Positions 42,701 through 53,310 of a DNA stretch of 64,000 nt are shown here, one piece after another (position 1 is the stretch's first letter; each line of letters begins with the position of its first letter). Position numbers and translations under genes: made by a program. This stretch comes from an uncultured delta proteobacterium (GTDB taxonomy: Bacteria; Myxococcota_A; Polyangia; Fen-1088): the NCBI GenBank assembly GCA_963737265.1, contig CAVTRY010000014.1, positions 352,001-416,000 on the forward strand. Reading direction: 5' to 3'. A model generated the notes under the pieces. That model saw only the letters and a list, made by a program, of their open reading frames with translations. It ran no database searches and had not been told where the DNA came from.

Positions 42701-43983
42701 AGGTTGACGGTGTTCACGTCCTGACCTGGAAACCAGGACAAGAGCCACGGCGCAAAGCGACCGACGAGGCGAAGGCGCCGTCTGCGGTCCCGAACGCCAC
42801 ACAGTCGGCAGCGGTCAGCGAGACCGGCGAACGTGCCCTTCGCCATCAGGCGCCGAGTACCCTGTCCGAGGTCGCTGGCTCGCCCATGGGGCCCACCGGG
42901 CGCTCACCACGGGTCGCCGGCCGCGAGGTGTGCATGGGACTGACCTACCTCGGGGAACACGCCTGCGAGGAGAGCCCCGGCCGAGGCGTCTTGCTGGACC
43001 GGCGCTACGTCGCAACACTCAACGACCGAGACGGCTTTTGGCACAAGCTGCACGCCGCCGCCACGACCCAGGGCGTGCTGTCTCGCCAGAAGGTAGTCCG
43101 TGTCTCCGACGGTGGCGCTTACTTCATCGAGCACAGCGACGAGATCTTCTGCGACCAGCCGTTGCTTGGCATCCTCGACTGCCAGCACGCCAAGCAGCAT
43201 GTCTGGGAGGCAGGTCACAAGGTCGTGCCGGACAAGAAAGCAGTGCCATCTTGGGTCTTGCCACGTACCGAGGCCATCATGGACGGCAAGGTCGACCAGG
43301 TGCTCTCGGGCCTCGCCCAAGAGCGGCAGCGTTCCACCGGCAGCCAAGCGGTCAAAGCCCTCGACGACTTGACCGGCTACCTGAGCCGCCACAAGCACAT
43401 GATGGACTACCCCGCATACCACGCTGCCGGCTATCCGCTGGCCAGTGCCGCCATCGAAAGCACCAACAAGCGCCTCGTCGGCCGGCGCTGCAAGCAAGGC
43501 GGCATGCTCTGGAGCGAGGTCGGCCTTGAAGCCATGGTCGCGCTCAGGGTTGCCTTCTACAACCCGGGGGCCTGGCTCGCCCTCTGGCCTCACACCCAAG
43601 CCCAGCCGCCCAGTCATGAAACCCGGACCCGTGCAACCCACCCCGTCCAGCAGAGCCGCGATGAAATGGAGGTCCTTTTCACCTTCCTGGCCGAGCGGTA
43701 CGAACGCAAGAGCGTCCTCATCACCAGCAACCTGGTCTTCAGCGATTGGATCCGCATTTTCAAGGATCCCATGACCACCGCCGCCGCCATCGACCGACTG
43801 GTCCACCACGCGGTCATCCTTGAGATGACCGGCCCCAGCTACCGCAGCGAAGAAGCACGAAAGAGAGGCGTCACCACCCCAGCGACAACTACGACAACTA
43901 CCGATCAACCAACGACAACTACCCCCGACAACAATGGGGCGATGTAATTGACGTCACCGGGTGAATGTAGTTGACGTCCAGCA
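39701..43983 (+). mobile_element. IS21-family element a, copy 1 (istA 39813-41312; istB 41309-43947 split)
   Basis: TIR TGCTG..CG.CAA.TACAT, short TSD GTC; QTDF, TDHS, NGDVE; GLPGRGKS, DDIGY. Confidence 0.92.
41863..43643 (+). mobile_element. ISKra4/ISLre2-like (UPF0236) element
   Basis: TIR GGGTGGGTTGCACGGG, 9-bp TSD CGTCCAGCA; EVDG, SDGG.YF, LD..HA, GYPLAS..IES..K..V.RR.K..GM.W. Confidence 0.85.
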
Positions 43984-44582
43984 GTCTTGGGATCATCGGG
44001 CACGGGCTGCGCTCAAGACAGTTTTGGGGACCGCCAGGACCGGGGCAAGTGCCCAAGATGGTCTTGCTGCTCGTCCGTCGCTTTCTCTGCAAGTGCGGCG
44101 CCGTGCTCACCGTGGTTCCTTGCGAAACGATACCGGGACGGCTTTACACCTCGTCTGCGGTCGGGTGGGCGTTGGCCTTGTTCGGGGTGCAGAAATTGTC
44201 TATTGCGGAAGTGCGGCGACAGACGAGTCCGCGGACGATCATCGGCGAGACCGCCATCACCGGTTGGGCCACGTTGCGGCGCTGGATTCGCGCCATTCGT
44301 GCGGGCACGCTGCTGTCCGGACTGCGCGCTTCGCCGTCGGATTTCACCGCACGGCAGGCGGCTGAGCGGGCGGCGTTGGGACTCGCTTCACTCGGGCCGC
44401 CGCCCTCGAACGAGGCGTCTGTGGCAACCCGGGCTTTCCAAGGAGCGACGCTCGCTATGCGATGACCATCAGACTTTTCCCGTCGCTGGGACTTCGCCCA
44501 CCCGCGAAGATCCCTGCCAGGCGTGGCCGGAATGAAGCATGGCTTTACCTGCATCGCACACCGCGATTGCAGAAGGGACACC

Positions 44583-45947
44583 ATGACCGACCTACAAAGC
44601 CTGAAGCCCAAGGACCATGCCGAGGAGGTAGCCATCTTTCGCAGCGAGATCGTCGGCGCACTCACCCGGCGAGATCTCGACCACGGAGAGTTGGCGGCGA
44701 CGCTGAAAGATCTGGCCGCCGAGCGCTACCGGCCGCCGGGAGCGGACAGCACGCGCAGATTCTCCATTCCGACGCTGGAGCGTTGGTACTACGCCTACAA
44801 AGCTGGAAGCCTAGATGCCCTGCGCCCCGAACCACGCAGCGATAGTGGACGCGCGCAGGAGCTGACAGCGGAGCAGCGCACGCTTCTGTGCGACATCCGG
44901 CGCGAGCACCCCTCGGCTTCGGTGCCCTTGATCCTTCGCACCCTGACCCTCGACGGACGATTGAGCAAGGACGCGGTGTCGGCCTCGACGGTGCGGCGGC
45001 TTTTCGCCGACGAGGGACTGGACCGCATTCCCATGCGCGATAGCAAGGGGCCGAAGACCAGGCTGCGCTGGGAAGCCGAGCGGCCTGGGGCGCTCTGGCA
45101 CGGTGATGTCTGTTACGGCCCGGCGATTTCGGTCGACGGCAAAAACATGCCGGTGCGAATTCACGGACTTCTCGACGATGCCTCTCGCTTCATCATCGCG
45201 CTGGAAGCGCACCACACCGAGCGCGAGGTGGATATGCTCGGCATGTTTGTGCGCGCCCTGCGCAGGCATGGGCCACCCGATGCCTTGTACCTCGACAACG
45301 GCAGCACCTATCGCGGCGACATCTTGTCCACGGCTTGTGCGCGCATGGGCGTCTCCCTGTTGCACGCGCGTCCCTACGACCCGCAGGCACGTGGAAAAAT
45401 GGAGCGCTTCTGGCGCACCCTGCGCCAGGGATGTCTCGACTTTCTTGGCCAGGTGTCGTCGTTACACGACATCAACGTGCGACTGTGGGCCTTTCTCGAC
45501 GAGCACTACCACAAGGCGCCGCACGCGTCGCTGCTCGGCCGCGCGCCCGCGCGCGTGTACGAGGCAGCCGAACGTCCCACCGACCGCTTTGACGAGCACA
45601 AGCTGCGCGAGGCGCTGACCGTGCGCGTGCGCCGCCGCGTACGCCGAGATACCACGCTGCCACTGGAGGGTACGGACTGGGAGCTTGACCAGGGCTTCCT
45701 CGCAGGGCGACTGGTCATGGTGGCCCGTTGCCTCGTCGACATGAACGAAGCTCCGTGGGTCGAGCACGAGGGAAAGGCGCTGCCTCTTCATCCCGTCGAC
45801 CCTGCTAAGAACGCCCGCCGAAAGCGCTCAAATCGTGGCGGGGGACATGCGACAAAAGCCTCGCGACCGGTGCCCTTCGATCCGCCCTCCGTGCTGCTCG
45901 ACCGAGCCGTCGGCCGAAACCCTTCGCCACAAGGAGGTGACCGATGA
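44583..45947 (+). CDS. DDE transposase (rve + Mu-C-terminal-like)
   Basis: WHGD, LDDASR, YLDNG, GKMERF. Confidence 0.92.
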   Translation: MTDLQSLKPKDHAEEVAIFRSEIVGALTRRDLDHGELAATLKDLAAERYRPPGADSTRRFSIPTLERWYYAYKAGSLDALRPEPRSDSGRAQELTAEQRTLLCDIRREHPSASVPLILRTLTLDGRLSKDAVSASTVRRLFADEGLDRIPMRDSKGPKTRLRWEAERPGALWHGDVCYGPAISVDGKNMPVRIHGLLDDASRFIIALEAHHTEREVDMLGMFVRALRRHGPPDALYLDNGSTYRGDILSTACARMGVSLLHARPYDPQARGKMERFWRTLRQGCLDFLGQVSSLHDINVRLWAFLDEHYHKAPHASLLGRAPARVYEAAERPTDRFDEHKLREALTVRVRRRVRRDTTLPLEGTDWELDQGFLAGRLVMVARCLVDMNEAPWVEHEGKALPLHPVDPAKNARRKRSNRGGGHATKASRPVPFDPPSVLLDRAVGRNPSPQGGDR

Positions 45948-46759
45948 CGCCTGCCTATCTCGGCCACTTCGCCCTCGAACGCGCCCCCTTCTCCAAGGAG
46001 ATTGCCGACGTCGACCTGTGGATGCCGCCTTCCAAGGAGGCCCTGGTACACGAGCTGTGCGAGGCGCTCCATGAGCGTGCGTCCATTATCCTCACTGGCG
46101 ATCCCGGCGCCGGCAAAACCTGCGTCCTGCGTGCCTTGCGCCACAGGCTGCCGCAAACTGGTTTCCGTCTGACCTACTGCCACAACGCCACTCTCGGCCG
46201 CCGCGATTTCTATCGCCAGCTTTGTCTCGCCTTGGGGCTCGCGCCTTCCGCCGCCGCCGCGGCTCTCTTCTTCGCCGTCTCCTCCCACGTCGAAGATCTT
46301 GGCCGCGAGCGTGTTCACCCGGTCTTCCTCTTGGATGAGGCCCACCTGCTCCACCAAGACATGCTGGATCATCTGCACATTTTGCTGAACTACCAGTGGG
46401 ACAGTAGGGCGCTCCTGTCCCTCGTCCTCGTCGGCCTGCCAGAACTTTCCGACAGGCTCGTCCTCCGTCGCAATCGATCCTTGTACTCGCGCATTTACAC
46501 CCGGCTCAATGTCGCGCCCCTGACCCCGGACGACACCGCCGACTACATTCGCTCCAGACTCAAACAATCAGGCTGCGACCGCGAGCTTGTCACGGCCGAC
46601 GCCTTGGCCATGCTCCACGAAGCCGCCGCCGGATCTTTGCGCGACCTCGACCGGCTCGCCACCGCCGCCCTTCGCGACGCCGCCCGCAGAAAGCGAAAAC
46701 TCGTCGAGCGCGATGCCATCACCCGTATCGTCGACTCCGAACCCAGGGATCCAGCATGA
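45944..46759 (+). CDS. ExeA/TnsC-like AAA ATPase
   Basis: YL.HF.L...PF, GDPGAGKT, LLDEAH, VLVG.PEL. Confidence 0.92.
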   Translation: MTPAYLGHFALERAPFSKEIADVDLWMPPSKEALVHELCEALHERASIILTGDPGAGKTCVLRALRHRLPQTGFRLTYCHNATLGRRDFYRQLCLALGLAPSAAAAALFFAVSSHVEDLGRERVHPVFLLDEAHLLHQDMLDHLHILLNYQWDSRALLSLVLVGLPELSDRLVLRRNRSLYSRIYTRLNVAPLTPDDTADYIRSRLKQSGCDRELVTADALAMLHEAAAGSLRDLDRLATAALRDAARRKRKLVERDAITRIVDSEPRDPA

Positions 46760-46980
46760 GGCGCCCACCGCCACCACACGCCCAGATCCATCTGCCTCCA
46801 ATGGACGCATCGTATGCCCTGACCATCGTCGACGTGTTCGAGCGGGCCATCGCAGCCATCTGGCGTGCCCATGGCGATGCCATCGCCGACCTGCAGGCGT
46901 TGCGCGGGATCGAAACACCCAGGCCCCCTGACGCCGTCTGGGAATCTGTCCCCGACGGCCCTCACGACGACTGCTTCTGA
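46756..46980 (+). CDS. small hypothetical transposon protein
   Basis: ATGA-coupled to the ATPase, identical in copy 2. Confidence 0.65.
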   Translation: MRRPPPPHAQIHLPPMDASYALTIVDVFERAIAAIWRAHGDAIADLQALRGIETPRPPDAVWESVPDGPHDDCF

Positions 46981-48445
46981 ACCGACCCAATGATGGGCAT
47001 CACGGAAGTGACAGGCACCCTGTCACCTTCGCGATGCCCATCTGCTATCTGGACCGCAAACCCATCAGCCTGTTTGCGTGGCAACACTTTGGCAAAGATG
47101 TCCTGGCCGTAAAGGTCGAGCAGTTTGGTGGTTCTGGCCGTCATGCTGCCCACGTTGCGGCCAGCCTCGACCCAGCGCTCGAACAGGACGCCGATGTCGG
47201 GAGCAGCGGCACGCAGACGACCGCCACCGGTGGACGCTGCGGCGCCTTGCTTGCGGCGTACGATCTCGGCGCGATGCTCGGGAAGCTCGATCTTTTGGCG
47301 ATGACCGAAGGAGCGGGCGTGCTGGGTAACGACGGTGGCGCCATCGAGCAGTCGGACAGTGCGGTCGTCGGCGACCAGGGTCAAGGTGCGTTCGACGTAG
47401 TCTGGAGGCACCGAGTAGATGTTGCTCTCGAAGCGAGCGAAGGCAGTCTTGTCGATGAGCACGGGCGTTACCAGGTCGGTGGCAGGCAAGGGACTTGGCA
47501 ACGGAAGCAGTCGTGGGGTTTCCTCGGCCAAGCAGTCGGCGATCGTGCGTTTGGGAAAGTTGGGGTGGTGCTGCTTGTGCGCGATGGTGTCGATGAAGCC
47601 CAGCAATTCGCGGTTGCCTTGCCCGATGCTGTGAATGTCACGACCTGCGAGAAAGCGGTCGCGCAAGAAGCGGATCTTGCGTTCCACGCGTCCCTTTTCG
47701 TTGCCCCGGTAGGGAGCGCACAGGCGCAGTTGAACGTGCATGGCGCTGCCAAGGTCGAGGAGCAAGGGATGGAAGCGAGCCGCGTCGCCGTGCCGCTCAA
47801 GCACGACGATTTTGGGATTGTCGAAGAGCCACTGGCGTGTGGAGCCGCCGAAGAAGGAAGCGGCTCGCACCAGGGAGCGCAGGAGCGAGTGCACGGTGGT
47901 GTCGAAACAGAATTCGCCACACATAGCGCGCGACCAAGCCAGCACCATGACGAAGAGCCAGAGCGAGCGGGTGCCGCCGCCAGGAACTGGCAGTTGCCCT
48001 ACGTGCGCCCAGTCGACTTGGGCTTGCTCACCGATGAGCGGGTCGAGACGCAGAAAGGCTTCGCGGCTTGGCGTTGGGCGCACCATCGCGACGAAGCGAC
48101 GCAAGGTGCGCTCGCTACCGAGATAGCCGCGCTCTTTGATCATGTCGAGAAGCCTGGTCGAGCACAGGCGCGGGTATTTCTTGAGCGTCTCTTGGATGAA
48201 GCCGTCGTAGGGTGCAACCAACAGTGGCGTGCGCTCTGGGCGCGGCTGTGCCGGGAGCAGGCCGAGGACGCGCCTTACCACATCGTGATGGACACCAAGC
48301 TGATCGGCAATCGTGCCCACTTTCCAGTGCTCGACGGCAAAGAGCCGGGCTATCTCCGCCTCGACCTCGGCGGCGACCGTCACTGTTGCCACGCAAACAG
48401 GCTGATGGGTTTGCGCTCCAGATAGCAGATGGGCATCGCGAAGGT

Positions 48446-49881
48446 TGAAGTGGACCCCAAAAATGGGACCAGGAGCTAAGGTGTAGTCCGCCTCAACAAC
48501 GAGGCAGGACACGATGAAAACGAACCGCCAAAAGCACACAGCACTCTTCAAGGCGCAGGTAGCTCTCGAAGCCATGCGGGAGCAGGCAACGGTTGTGGAG
48601 ATCGGGCGCCGATACAAGATCAACCCGAACCTGGTTCACAAGTGGAAGAAGGAAGCCGTCACACGGCTGGCCATGGTTTTCGAACCAGGCCATGCAAATG
48701 CAGAGGAATCGGCGAACGCCGAACGCGAATCGGAATTGCTGCGCAAGGTGGGGCAGCTGACGCTGGAGAATGATTTTTTAGCACGCGGGCTCGCGCGCAT
48801 TCGCTGACGGAGAAGCGCGCCATGATCGAGCCCCACAACGACCTATCTGTCCGTCGGCAGTGCGAGCTGCTGAATCTTGCGAGATCGGGCATCTACTGGG
48901 AGCCGATGCCGATGGCAGAGGAAGATCTGGCCATCTGCAAGGAGCTGGACAAGCTGCATCTCGAATTGCCAGCATTCGGCAGCCGGAAGCTGTCACGGTT
49001 GCTAAAGGCACAGGGGCAGACGGTGAATCGCAAACGGGTGCAGAGACTGATGCGAATCATGGGCATCGAAGCGCTGGCGCCCAAACCACGGACGACCGTG
49101 CCCGCGCCGGAACATACGAAATTCCCGTACTTGCTGCGCCATCTCGCGATCATTCGGCCCAATCAGGTGTGGGCCTCGGATATCACGTACATCCCGATGA
49201 GACAGGGGCATTGCTACCTGGTCGCCGTGATGGATTGGTACACGCGCCGGGTTCTGTCCTGGCGCATTTCAAACACGATGGACAGCCGTTTTTGCATCGA
49301 GGTCGTGGAAGAAGCTCTTGCGAACTTCGGCTTGCCGGAGATCTTCAACACCGACCAGGGGTCGCAGTTTACCGACGACAACTTCACATCGGTTTTGCTG
49401 GACAAGGGCGTAAAGGTCAGCATGGACGGTCGCGGCCGATTCATGGACAACATCTTCGTCGAGCGTCTATGGCGGTCTGTCAAATGCGAGGAGGTCTACT
49501 TGAACGACTACCGAGACGTGGCCGACGCCCGCAGTGGCATCGCGATCTACCTGGACAAGTACAACCACAGGCGGCCTCACCAAACCCTTGGATTTCAGAC
49601 ACCCGTAGCGTTTTACGAATTCGAACTAAAGAAGTCGGCGATGAAAGAGGCCGCCTAAATCGCCGCTGCATCATGCTGATGGCACGCTGCCCACAACTGC
49701 AACGCGTTCACCTGCTTCTGTGGGGCCGTGCGCGCATTGCATCCGTGGACAGCAGCCATCAGCATGCCTCCGCTCTCAACAATTTCCTTGCCGGCGAGGC
49801 TCACCCGGATCTACAAACAAACCCACGCGGACTCTCTCTTAGCTCGGGCCATTTCTGGTCCTACCAAAGGGGTCCACTTCA
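48446..49881 (+). mobile_element. IS3-family element copy 2 (orfA 48514-48807, orfB 48822-49658)
   Basis: Near-identical to copy 1, TSD GGT; inserted in the transposon's terminal hairpin. Confidence 0.95.
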
Positions 49882-49928
49882 GGTGACAGGGTGCCTGTCA
49901 CTTCCGTGATGCCCATCATTGGGTCGGT

Positions 49929-50153
49929 TCAGAAGCAGTCGTCGTGAGGGCCGTCGGGGACAGATTCCCAGACGGCGTCAGGGGGCCTGGGTGTTTCGAT
50001 CCCGCGCAACGCCTGCAGGTCGGCGATGGCATCGCCATGGGCACGCCAGATGGCTGCGATGGCCCGCTCGAACACGTCGACGATGGTCAGGGCATACGAT
50101 GCGTCCATTGGAGGCAGATGGATCTGGGCGTGTGGTGGCGGTGGGCGCCTCAT
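49929..50153 (-). CDS. small hypothetical transposon protein (copy 2)
   Basis: Identical protein to 46756-46980. Confidence 0.65.
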   Translation of the reverse strand: MRRPPPPHAQIHLPPMDASYALTIVDVFERAIAAIWRAHGDAIADLQALRGIETPRPPDAVWESVPDGPHDDCF

Positions 50154-50965
50154 GCTGGATCCCTGGGTTCGGAGTCGACGATACGGGTGATGGCATCGCG
50201 CTCGACGAGTTTTCGCTTTCTGCGGGCGGCGTCGCGAAGGGCGGCGGTGGCGAGCCGGTCGAGGTCGCGCAAAGATCCGGCGGCGGCTTCGTGGAGCATG
50301 GCCAAGGCGTCGGCCGTGACAAGCTCGCGGTCGCAGCCTGATTGTTTGAGTCTGGAGCGAATGTAGTCGGCGGTGTCGTCCGGGGTCAGGGGCGCGACAT
50401 TGAGCCGGGTGTAAATGCGCGAGTACAAGGATCGATTGCGACGGAGGACGAGCCTGTCGGAAAGTTCTGGCAGGCCGACGAGGACGAGGGACAGGAGCGC
50501 CCTACTGTCCCACTGGTAGTTCAGCAAAATGTGCAGATGATCCAGCATGTCTTGGTGGAGCAGGTGGGCCTCATCCAAGAGGAAGACCGGGTGAACACGC
50601 TCGCGGCCAAGATCTTCGACGTGGGAGGAGACGGCGAAGAAGAGAGCCGCGGCGGCGGCGGAAGGCGCGAGCCCCAAGGCGAGACAAAGCTGGCGATAGA
50701 AATCGCGGCGGCCGAGAGTGGCGTTGTGGCAGTAGGTCAGACGGAAACCAGTTTGCGGCAGCCTGTGGCGCAAGGCACGCAGGACGCAGGTTTTGCCGGC
50801 GCCGGGATCGCCAGTGAGGATAATGGACGCACGCTCATGGAGCGCCTCGCACAGCTCGTGTACCAGGGCCTCCTTGGAAGGCGGCATCCACAGGTCGACG
50901 TCGGCAATCTCCTTGGAGAAGGGGGCGCGTTCGAGGGCGAAGTGGCCGAGATAGGCAGGCGTCAT
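50150..50965 (-). CDS. ExeA/TnsC-like AAA ATPase (copy 2)
   Basis: Identical protein to 45944-46759. Confidence 0.92.
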   Translation of the reverse strand: MTPAYLGHFALERAPFSKEIADVDLWMPPSKEALVHELCEALHERASIILTGDPGAGKTCVLRALRHRLPQTGFRLTYCHNATLGRRDFYRQLCLALGLAPSAAAAALFFAVSSHVEDLGRERVHPVFLLDEAHLLHQDMLDHLHILLNYQWDSRALLSLVLVGLPELSDRLVLRRNRSLYSRIYTRLNVAPLTPDDTADYIRSRLKQSGCDRELVTADALAMLHEAAAGSLRDLDRLATAALRDAARRKRKLVERDAITRIVDSEPRDPA

Positions 50966-52326
50966 CGGTCACCTCCTTGTGGCGAAGGGTTTCGGCCGAC
51001 GGCTCGGTCGAGCAGCACGGAGGGCGGATCGAAGGGCACCGGTCGCGAGGCTTTTGTCGCATGTCCCCCGCCACGATTTGAGCGCTTTCGGCGGGCGTTC
51101 TTAGCAGGGTCGACGGGATGAAGAGGCAGCGCCTTTCCCTCGTGCTCGACCCACGGAGCTTCGTTCATGTCGACGAGGCAACGGGCCACCATGACCAGTC
51201 GCCCTGCGAGGAAGCCCTGGTCAAGCTCCCAGTCCGTACCCTCCAGTGGCAGCGTGGTATCTCGGCGTACGCGGCGGCGCACGCGCACGGTCAGCGCCTC
51301 GCGCAGCTTGTGCTCGTCAAAGCGGTCGGTGGGACGTTCGGCTGCCTCGTACACGCGCGCGGGCGCGCGGCCGAGCAGCGACGCGTGCGGCGCCTTGTGG
51401 TAGTGCTCGTCGAGAAAGGCCCACAGTCGCACGTTGATGTCGTGTAACGACGACACCTGGCCAAGAAAGTCGAGACATCCCTGGCGCAGGGTGCGCCAGA
51501 AGCGCTCCATTTTTCCACGTGCCTGCGGGTCGTAGGGACGCGCGTGCAACAGGGAGACGCCCATGCGCGCACAAGCCGTGGACAAGATGTCGCCGCGATA
51601 GGTGCTGCCGTTGTCGAGGTACAAGGCATCGGGTGGCCCATGCCTGCGCAGGGCGCGCACAAACATGCCGAGCATATCCACCTCGCGCTCGGTGTGGTGC
51701 GCTTCCAGCGCGATGATGAAGCGAGAGGCATCGTCGAGAAGTCCGTGAATTCGCACCGGCATGTTTTTGCCGTCGACCGAAATCGCCGGGCCGTAACAGA
51801 CATCACCGTGCCAGAGCGCCCCAGGCCGCTCGGCTTCCCAGCGCAGCCTGGTCTTCGGCCCCTTGCTATCGCGCATGGGAATGCGGTCCAGTCCCTCGTC
51901 GGCGAAAAGCCGCCGCACCGTCGAGGCCGACACCGCGTCCTTGCTCAATCGTCCGTCGAGGGTCAGGGTGCGAAGGATCAAGGGCACCGAAGCCGAGGGG
52001 TGCTCGCGCCGGATGTCGCACAGAAGCGTGCGCTGCTCCGCTGTCAGCTCCTGCGCGCGTCCACTATCGCTGCGTGGTTCGGGGCGCAGGGCATCTAGGC
52101 TTCCAGCTTTGTAGGCGTAGTACCAACGCTCCAGCGTCGGAATGGAGAATCTGCGCGTGCTGTCCGCTCCCGGCGGCCGGTAGCGCTCGGCGGCCAGATC
52201 TTTCAGCGTCGCCGCCAACTCTCCGTGGTCGAGATCTCGCCGGGTGAGTGCGCCGACGATCTCGCTGCGAAAGATGGCTACCTCCTCGGCATGGTCCTTG
52301 GGCTTCAGGCTTTGTAGGTCGGTCAT
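50962..52326 (-). CDS. DDE transposase (copy 2)
   Basis: Identical protein to 44583-45947. Confidence 0.92.
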   Translation of the reverse strand: MTDLQSLKPKDHAEEVAIFRSEIVGALTRRDLDHGELAATLKDLAAERYRPPGADSTRRFSIPTLERWYYAYKAGSLDALRPEPRSDSGRAQELTAEQRTLLCDIRREHPSASVPLILRTLTLDGRLSKDAVSASTVRRLFADEGLDRIPMRDSKGPKTRLRWEAERPGALWHGDVCYGPAISVDGKNMPVRIHGLLDDASRFIIALEAHHTEREVDMLGMFVRALRRHGPPDALYLDNGSTYRGDILSTACARMGVSLLHARPYDPQARGKMERFWRTLRQGCLDFLGQVSSLHDINVRLWAFLDEHYHKAPHASLLGRAPARVYEAAERPTDRFDEHKLREALTVRVRRRVRRDTTLPLEGTDWELDQGFLAGRLVMVARCLVDMNEAPWVEHEGKALPLHPVDPAKNARRKRSNRGGGHATKASRPVPFDPPSVLLDRAVGRNPSPQGGDR

Positions 52327-52443
52327 GGTGTCCCTTCTGCAATCGCGGTGTGCGATGCAGGTAAAGCCATGCTTCATTCCGGCCACGCCTGGCAGGGATC
52401 TTCGCGGGTGGGCGAAGTCCCAGCGACGGGAAAAGTCTGATGG

Positions 52444-53076
52444 TCATCGCATAGCGAGCGTCGCTCCTTGGAAAGCCCGGGTTGCCACAGACGCCTCGTT
52501 CGAGGGCGGCGGCCCGAGTGAAGCGAGTCCCAACGCCGCCCGCTCAGCCGCCTGCCGTGCGGTGAAATCCGACGGCGAAGCGCGCAGTCCGGACAGCAGC
52601 GTGCCCGCACGAATGGCGCGAATCCAGCGCCGCAACGTGGCCCAACCGGTGATGGCGGTCTCGCCGATGATCGTCCGCGGACTCGTCTGTCGCCGCACTT
52701 CCGCAATAGACAATTTCTGCACCCCGAACAAGGCCAACGCCCACCCGACCGCAGACGAGGTGTAAAGCCGTCCCGGTATCGTTTCGCAAGGAACCACGGT
52801 GAGCACGGCGCCGCACTTGCAGAGAAAGCGACGGACGAGCAGCAAGACCATCTTGGGCACTTGCCCCGGTCCTGGCGGTCCCCAAAACTGTCTTGAGCGC
52901 AGCCCGTGCCCGATGATCCCAAGACTTGCTCCCGGCGGACAGCCAGCTCGTCCACATAGAGGGCAGGTGCTCGGTCTGAGCAAGTCCACGCCTGGCACTG
53001 CCGCCAACCAGAGCTTGACCCCGACCTTGCCATGCACGATTGTCTGAAGCGCTCCGTTCCTTTCGTTTCCTTTCAC
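52444..53076 (-). CDS. Zn-finger/HTH accessory protein (DUF6431-like), intact
   Basis: CPLC...HG...RRFLC.CG...T.VP, W.TLRRW; start uncertain. Confidence 0.7.
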   Translation of the reverse strand: MKGNERNGALQTIVHGKVGVKLWLAAVPGVDLLRPSTCPLCGRAGCPPGASLGIIGHGLRSRQFWGPPGPGQVPKMVLLLVRRFLCKCGAVLTVVPCETIPGRLYTSSAVGWALALFGVQKLSIAEVRRQTSPRTIIGETAITGWATLRRWIRAIRAGTLLSGLRASPSDFTARQAAERAALGLASLGPPPSNEASVATRAFQGATLAMR

Positions 53077-53310
53077 GTCGGGTGCGGAGCACGACCAGGC
53101 AGGGTGGTGGATACGCCCTCCTGGTCACCCTACATAGCTGCGGCCAGCGAGATGCCGATGCTCCTCCTTTCCCTGCCGCCACTACCCTGATTCCCCGCAA
53201 GCCGCCATGAACATTTCCACGACGGGAATGATGGCGATTGTCCAACCGATGCCATCACGGAGGGAGCACAATCTCCCGCCGCTCAGCCGCACTCACACCG
53301 CCTCGGAACA

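Larger units (their letters stand above)
39547..44465 (+). pseudogene. Zn-finger/HTH accessory gene (DUF6431-like) split by IS21-a
   Basis: Matches intact 52444-53076; broken at 39700/43984. Confidence 0.75.
39314..47086 (+). mobile_element. Mu/Tn7-like DDE + ExeA-type ATPase transposon, copy 1
   Basis: Ends TGTTCCG...GGCAACA, 5-bp TSD CTTTG (39309-39313, 47087-47091). Confidence 0.88.
38337..48383 (-). mobile_element. IS21-family element c: istB 38387-39146 (frameshift), istA split into 39133-39313 and 47087-48383
   Basis: End TGTAGACGG; GQSGVGKT, DELGY, DRFVQH; EQAQVDW, FDNPK, KGRVER; GQDIFAK|AIAET rejoins across the insertion. Confidence 0.85.
48384..53310 (-). mobile_element. Mu/Tn7-like transposon copy 2 (inverted)
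   Basis: Same ends and genes as copy 1; flanks GTCAC/CCAAT do not form a TSD. Confidence 0.88.

Noticed and set aside
39314-53310. Large inverted repeat as a palindromic amplification or assembly fold-back
   Set aside because: Arms end precisely at transposon termini, copy 1 has a TSD, and each copy has private insertions
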